Shown here: positions 62,716 to 64,000 of the stretch, one piece after another
How positions within the stretch are numbered: position 1 is the first letter of the stretch
Layout: each line of letters begins with the position of its first letter
Assembly: GCF_004010195.1 (NCBI RefSeq)
Contig: NC_057720.1
Span: forward strand, 16,787,657-16,851,656
Origin: Chiloscyllium plagiosum
Lineage: Eukaryota
Length of the DNA: 64,000 nt
Direction: 5' to 3'
Translations under genes and position numbers: made by a program
The notes under the pieces: model-generated
The model's database searches: none
What the model saw: the letters and a program-made list of their open reading frames with translations, nothing else
What the model was told of the DNA's origin: nothing

Positions 62716-63708
62716 GCCTCACTCTCTGCAACTGGATCCTCAGTTTCCTGACCTACAGGCCACAAACAGTGAAGATTGGGGACAATATTTCATCCTCACT
62801 AACACTCAACACTGGAGCCCTCCAAGGGTGTATACTCAGCACTACTGTAGTCACTGTATATCCATGACTGCATCACCAAATACCAGACTAATGCAATTTA
62901 CAAGTTCGCTGATGACACCACTATAGTCAGTCGAATCTCAGACGACGACAAAACAGACGACAGGTGGGAGGTGGAAGACTTGGAAAAATGGTGCACTGAG
63001 AAGAACCTAGCTCTCAATGTTGGCAAAACCAAGGATTTTTTGCGGAATTTTACTCATGCCTCTCGACACATTAACAGCACAGAGGTGGAACAAGTGTCAA
63101 GCTCCTGGGAGTGGTCATCCACAACAAGCTTTCTTGAACTCTTCATGTGGATGCAACAATGTCTCATCTTCCTCAGACGGCTGAGGAAATTTGGCATGAT
63201 GGCGAATGCCCTTGCCAACATTTATAGGTGTGCCATCTAGAGCATTCTATCTGGATGTATCACGACCTGGTATGGCAACTGTACCATTCAAGATCAGAGA
63301 CAGTTACAGAACTCGGCCCGGACAATCACAAAGCCAACCTCCCATTGACAGAATCCATCTACCAGGCCCGCTGTCAAGAAAAGACTGCCAGCATTCTCAA
63401 AGATCCATCCCACCCTGGCAATGCTTTTCTCCAACCTCTACCATTGGGGAGAAGGTACAGAAGCCTGAACACATGCACCAGCTGGTTTCATAACAGTTTC
63501 CACCCGACTGTTGTTAGAATACTGAATGGACTCACAAACTCTTAACATTCACCTGTACCTATGTTTTTGTTTTTGCCGCTGTTTACCTATTATTTACTTA
63601 TCTATGCTACTTAACTCTGTGATCTGCCTGTATTGCTCACAAGGCAAAGCTTTTCACTGTGCCTCGGTACACGTGACAATAAATTCAATTCAATTCAATT
63701 CAATTCAA
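62716..63708 (+). mobile_element. Rex1/Babar-like LINE 3' fragment with an (AATTC)n tail
   Basis: LCNWILSFLTYRPQTVKIG...LNTGALQGCILS, KFADDTTIV, FLRRLRKFG; aataaattcaattcaattcaattc. Confidence 0.8.
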
Positions 63709-64000
63709 GCGTGACCTTATGGAGGTTTATAAAATAATGAAGGGCATGGATAGGGTAAATAGCCAAGGTCTTTTCCCTACAGTGGGGGAATCCAGAACTA
63801 GAGGGCATAGGTTTAGGGTGAGAGTGGCAAACTTAAAAAGGACCTAAAGGGCAATTTTTTCATGCACAGGGTGGAGTGTGTTTGGAATGAGCTGCCAGAG
63901 GAAGTGGTGGAGGCTTGGGCCAATTACAACACTTCAAAGGCATTTGGATGGTTATATAACTTGGAAGGGTTCAGACGGATCTGGGCCAAGTGCTGGCAGA

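Larger units (their letters stand above)
61840..64000 (+). mobile_element. CR1 3' half interrupted by a mini-element and a Rex1/Babar-like LINE
   Basis: FDKVPHG, WQMEFNFDKC, VRPLLEYCVQFWSP; resumes at 63710 (gtgaccttatggaggtttataaa). Confidence 0.85.

Overview
Vertebrate nuclear DNA, almost certainly from a shark (HE1-type SINEs, CR1/HER1-type LINEs). It is repeat-dense and has two assembly gaps (2203-2401, 31386-32219). The window lies within the + strand gene HFM1 (MER3 meiotic helicase). Eight small coding exons (16734-60348; 820 nt) splice in frame into the Sec63/Brl region, and the ORF track misses most of them. One intron needs a GC donor, and one exon starts with a perfect 5' splice-site motif. 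The introns hold nested CR1 LINEs, HE1 and Deu-type SINEs, Tx1- and Rex1-like LINE fragments, solo-LTR remnants, a TA-flanked MITE and a decayed Penelope-like element (RT + GIY-YIG). The most unusual signal is about a dozen 60-250 bp Penelope-derived mini-elements, often long inverted repeats. They carry minimal type I hammerhead ribozyme motifs (CUGANGA-A-stem II-GAAAC-GUH) back-to-back on both strands, show compensatory stem changes between subfamilies, and have 10-20 bp target-site duplications. A second unusual item is a tRNA/Deu SINE head that runs directly into a LINE endonuclease ORF. Family names come from recognition by eye, not database searches.
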